A stretch of 64,000 nucleotides of DNA, taken from assembly GCA_049724395.1 (NCBI GenBank), contig JAUGWO010000133.1:1-64000 (forward strand). The letters run 5' to 3'. Positions 59,829 through 64,000 of this stretch are shown here, one piece after another. The translations under genes and the position numbers were made by a program. Source of the DNA: Spongospora subterranea f. sp. subterranea (taxonomy: Eukaryota). A model generated the notes under the pieces. The model had not been told where the DNA came from, did not search any database, and worked only from the letters and a program-made list of their open reading frames with translations. Position 1 is the first letter of the stretch; each line of letters begins with the position of its first letter.

Positions 59829-61579
59829 CCGCGAAGTGAGTTACGTGTCTTTTTTGGCCGTCTCACTATTTAACTCCGAAAGAGGTCCGGTGGTGTGGTC
59901 AATCCTAGTTAAACGCCGCCACCGCCAGACTCCGTGAACAAATGCCAGGTCTCCCAACTCCGTGGTAACACTCTAATTTGGCGAAACTGCCAGGCCTTGC
60001 ATGTTCGAGCCGGTGCCGATACTTCATGTGCGCAGAAAAATTAGGCGCTGACCTTTGCATTTGGCGCGCTGACCTGTGCATTTGGCGCTAAAACTCATTT
60101 ATGCCCTGGTGCTCCTTGCCAGATTTCCACTGTACCCTCACATTCCGGTTTGCGCGCCCCATTCGCCCCATTCGCAGTTGCTATCAACATCACACATGCT
60201 CGCCGCCGCCCAATCCTCCGCCGCCCAATCCTCCTTCGTCGTCTCGGGCATAGATTTGCGGTTCCTAGGTATATTGATGACAGTTACGTTTTACAGCATT
60301 GGTTGCTAAAAATCAATGAAATATCGAGGTTTGATGGATTGTCAAGCTCGTATTGACAGTCCGGACGAGCGTTTAGGGTCGTGGATAGCCTGCCTGTTGA
60401 TCAAAATCTACAGTTCAACGTCTGGCGACACAGGTGGGGTATCGTGCATGGCGCTGAGATTACCTGACATCAACAAATCTTTAGTGTTGAACTTGAGCCG
60501 ACGGGCTCCTGATTGCATTAAGGAGTGGCGCTTTGTATTAATGGCGGCCATCCAGGCCCATATTGGCGAGGACGCAATTGCTGGTAGGCACAAGCGACAT
60601 GTTATTCCATGAATTTCAAAATGTCCTGATATGAGCTAGTTTGCGGAAGTGTTCCGTTGAACTGGCGTTCCACGGTTGCTGCCGATGCACCGTTGGCAGC
60701 GATCGTAAATCGTTACGTTGCATCACAGGAGCCTATCTCGCACCCAGACCATATTTTTGGTTCGCCGGCAACTCTTTCAGAAACAGTCTGTCTTAGATCG
60801 TATTCGATCGTCAAACAGGTTTTGAACGCCGTTCAATAAGACAACCGACCCTTTTGATGGTGGTTGAATAGATCTACCGCGAAATGCGATCCCAGACGCG
60901 CTCCTTTGACATTGCGAAAGCAATGTTAGAGTGCAGCAGTAAGCGGAAATTTACCAAGGTGAATCGCTGTTTGGTCTTGTCGCCATTGTACAACTCAGCC
61001 CTATAATCCAGGCAAATTTTCTCGCTAGCGGATGGGACATTGAGGCTCAGGCGGCAGCAACTGCAGGCATTAGTAAAAGCCTGAATGTCTGGCTGGAAAG
61101 CCAGGTCGACCAGGCGATAGAGACGGCGGCCAGAGTTGTCGAACGCTTGGCTGGAACAACCTGTGACACGCCCAGGTTGATCGGATTGTGGATGTGAACA
61201 ATCCGATTCAGTATCCTGAATAAGGCTTGTTCAGGTTCGGCGAAGTCGCTTTTTTGTATGCGACAGGTAGTAGAGTCCTGTCCGATGGTCGATGGGCGGA
61301 TGGGATTCGAAAGATTTCCATTTCGTTGTTAAACGAATGGGTTCTTACCCCGGTCCGCATCTTGCGCTTGGCGTTCACATATGTCGATTGGATTTTTGAA
61401 ACTGAATTCAGAGAACTGTAATCAACCATTGCGATGATCTATGGGCCGAGCAGGGTGCCGCGATCGTCGAATACCAAGCGCAACCGGTCAGCGATCATCT
61501 AGAAGTATATCGGGATTGGTTTCGGTTGGCATTTTTCATGGTTTGACCAATCACAATGCAATAACCTTTCAAAGTTACC

Positions 61580-61968
61580 AGATGGAGGAGGAGCCCCTCA
61601 CGCTTCACGACGCAGCGCCATGGCGCCGGCTGTTGGAAGGGGCATTAGCCCCCATGGCAACGGGAGCAAGGATCCCACTGGGGGACCTTAGCCGGTGGGT
61701 GTCCGATTGGCATCGCAAACTCAAAGGGGTTGGTGCAAACGCATTTGGCGCGTGTATTAGTATTAACGATTCCTGTGCACAGTCAATTGCAGATCTTTTA
61801 GAAGATCTTCATCTTGCAAACCTAGAGGTTGTAGTTGAAGCAGTCTACAACGTGACCCATATCGTGTTCGCACGGTCGCGGTACGGGTGTGCGCGGCTGC
61901 AGGAACAAGATGGCGACGATCTTGTCAACGCCTATGGATTTTTTCTCAGAACTGTGCTGGACCAGTAA
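61580..61968 (+). CDS. Hypothetical coding fragment
   Basis: Open frame MEEEPLTLHDAAPW...; no recognised motif. Confidence 0.25.
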
Positions 61969-63174
61969 TCGCTTTGTTAACTGCCTGCAAGATATGGCAC
62001 TAAATATTATTAACGGTGAACAGATGGTTGGAAGATCACGTACGAACCGGGGACACTGCTTCCATCATTAAACCAATCATGGAAATACTGATTGTCTTCC
62101 ATCAACTGGAGCTGGCAGTATGGCCAACCTGTAAACTCTGTTCATCGCAATCAAAGTCCGTTTTGCTCAGGTCCCGCCACCGTTTTTGAAGACGTTGAAG
62201 GTCCTCTCGACCAACATTCAATCACTGGAAGGTAAATATGTTCGGTGTATTGTGTTGTGCTGCCCAATTCGTGATCAACTAGTTCCTGTTAGGATCGTTT
62301 TCAGTTCAAGATGGCGACTGCTGGGACACGCTCCACCGGTGTTATACAACCGTAGTTGGGGTGTCGACAGTGGGATCTATGGTGCATGCAACAGAGACTC
62401 TTCCCAGGGCAGAAGGACCGCCTTTGAGGCCCGGCGTGGCGCGCAAACCCTTACGACACACGTCGACGCGCCAGCGAAACCACTCACTGCTCAGCCGGTT
62501 GAAACGCCAGCGCCAGAATAAACGTCAAGAACGCCAGGAGAGTGGGGATGAATCGACGCAAACACGTATGGTGCCCGCCCAGGACGGTACGAAGTTGTGG
62601 TAAATTGCGATCGATTTGCCCATTCCGAACATACATTGTTTCTAGTAAACGTCAGTTCCAGTAAACGTCAGCACTTCCGTATCCCTAGGGATGTTGTAAC
62701 TCAGCGTGTTTCCAGTACAAGCATCGGCGCTCGAAGTAGAAGTAAATCCTGAAAATCTTTCTAAGCAAAATGGTAAAGGACAATGTGTTCGTGAAACCAT
62801 CGACAATCAACACAGAAGCATGATCAAGTGGATAGCAAGATTTGAATCGTTGGAAAAGGAGCAGTCGAATTTTGTATTATATCAAATTTGAATGTTTTTT
62901 TTGTGAACAATTGCAATAGTTGATGATTCGCTGTCAATGACGATTCCGATCATATTTCTGCGAATTCCGAGATTATTTTGAAAACTTTATCGAATCCGAT
63001 TTTGAAGTGACAAATGCCTTTCAACCGAACGATGCCTTTGGTCGCATTTTTTAAAAAAATCGGCCAAGCCTTTTTGACGAAGACAAACTGCTGTATGACC
63101 ATGATGCAGTTGCTGATGTTGGCGATGATTACCGACATGTCCAAGATGGCACGACGAATGAATATGAGAGAAAC

Positions 63175-63480
63175 AGAGGAATCGAGCGATCCACTTGAGG
63201 ATGATATTGGCGGCAATCGACAATCAATATAGAAGAATCGGGTGATCCCCTCGATGATGATATTGGCGACAGTCGACAATCATTATAGAAGAATCGAGCG
63301 ATCCACTTTATGGGTTTTGTTAGGACCATGAACAGTCAAAACAGAAGAATAGAGGGCGCCACTTGATAACAGTAATCGAGACCTCGACAATCAAATCAGA
63401 AGAGGGTGGTCCATTTGATGATAGTATTCGCGACGATGGAGATTCAATACGAGAGGAATAGAGCAATCCATTTGAGATAG
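63175..63480 (+). repeat. Degenerate ~57-bp tandem repeat encoding acidic EESSDPLEDDIG-like units
   Basis: Recurrent gaagaatcgagcgatccact...gatgatattggcg...gacaatca. Confidence 0.7.
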
Positions 63481-64000
63481 GGCCTCGCAGCACCATCAAT
63501 GAAATTACTCCCTCTGTCCCATAATGTCTGGCCGGTATGTTTATTGAGTGGGCGATACTGTCAATCGGGTGAGCTCAATCAGACTCGGCTGACCGTCTTC
63601 AACCCGACAGAGAAATGACCAGCAATCTCTGCAAACTCACCCTTCATGGCGTAACTTGGTCAGAAGCAATTAGTAGATTGCCTGGCGCTGCTCGTTGCTT
63701 GAAACGACATGGTGGTTTGCTTGCTCATCTTCCCCATCAATCTGGGAACCGATTACCATTATTTTTGAAGACTGAGCGGGTCATTCCGTCATGGTCAATG
63801 CAAAACCGCATTTTTGGCACTTCACATTTTCGCAACTGTTGGGGAACATTTGTCACTCTATAGGTTGCTGGGTAGATCTTGCGGAGACCTTTCCATCAAC
63901 CTATAAAACTACCTCCATGCGCTAAAATTCACCTTAATCCCACAGAGTAAAGTGTACCGGCCAGACATTATCGGAACGAGGGAGTATATGATAAACCACA

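Overview
Intron-rich eukaryotic (protist) genomic DNA. The gene set (gamma-carbonic anhydrase, ARMC1, 7TM-RGS proteins, ankyrin expansion) suggests a rhizarian/plasmodiophorid-like organism; this is inference only. Housekeeping genes include HAS1/DDX18, a zf-4CXXC protein, ARMC1, gamma-CA, COX6A, TRM6, an MSS51_C-like protein, Src1/Man1, a VPS9 GEF, a TPR protein and SerA. There are four tRNA genes, two 7TM-RGS paralogues, a minimal UBL-UBA protein and a secreted NGT-repeat glycoprotein. These are interspersed with relics of Ty1/copia, Tc1/mariner-like, pogo and MULE transposons. The most striking object is a 2557-bp copia-derived unit (6901-9457) built from two 5' halves in inverted orientation. 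It is flanked by a perfect 5-bp TSD (TACGC), lies 11 bp upstream of a tRNA-Phe gene, and has a putative half-tRNA-Lys primer site. Fold-back (inverted) duplications recur across the window, mostly in TE-like DNA. Several frameshifts in conserved genes fall in homopolymers and are probably assembly errors. Exon boundaries were read by eye and are approximate unless stated.
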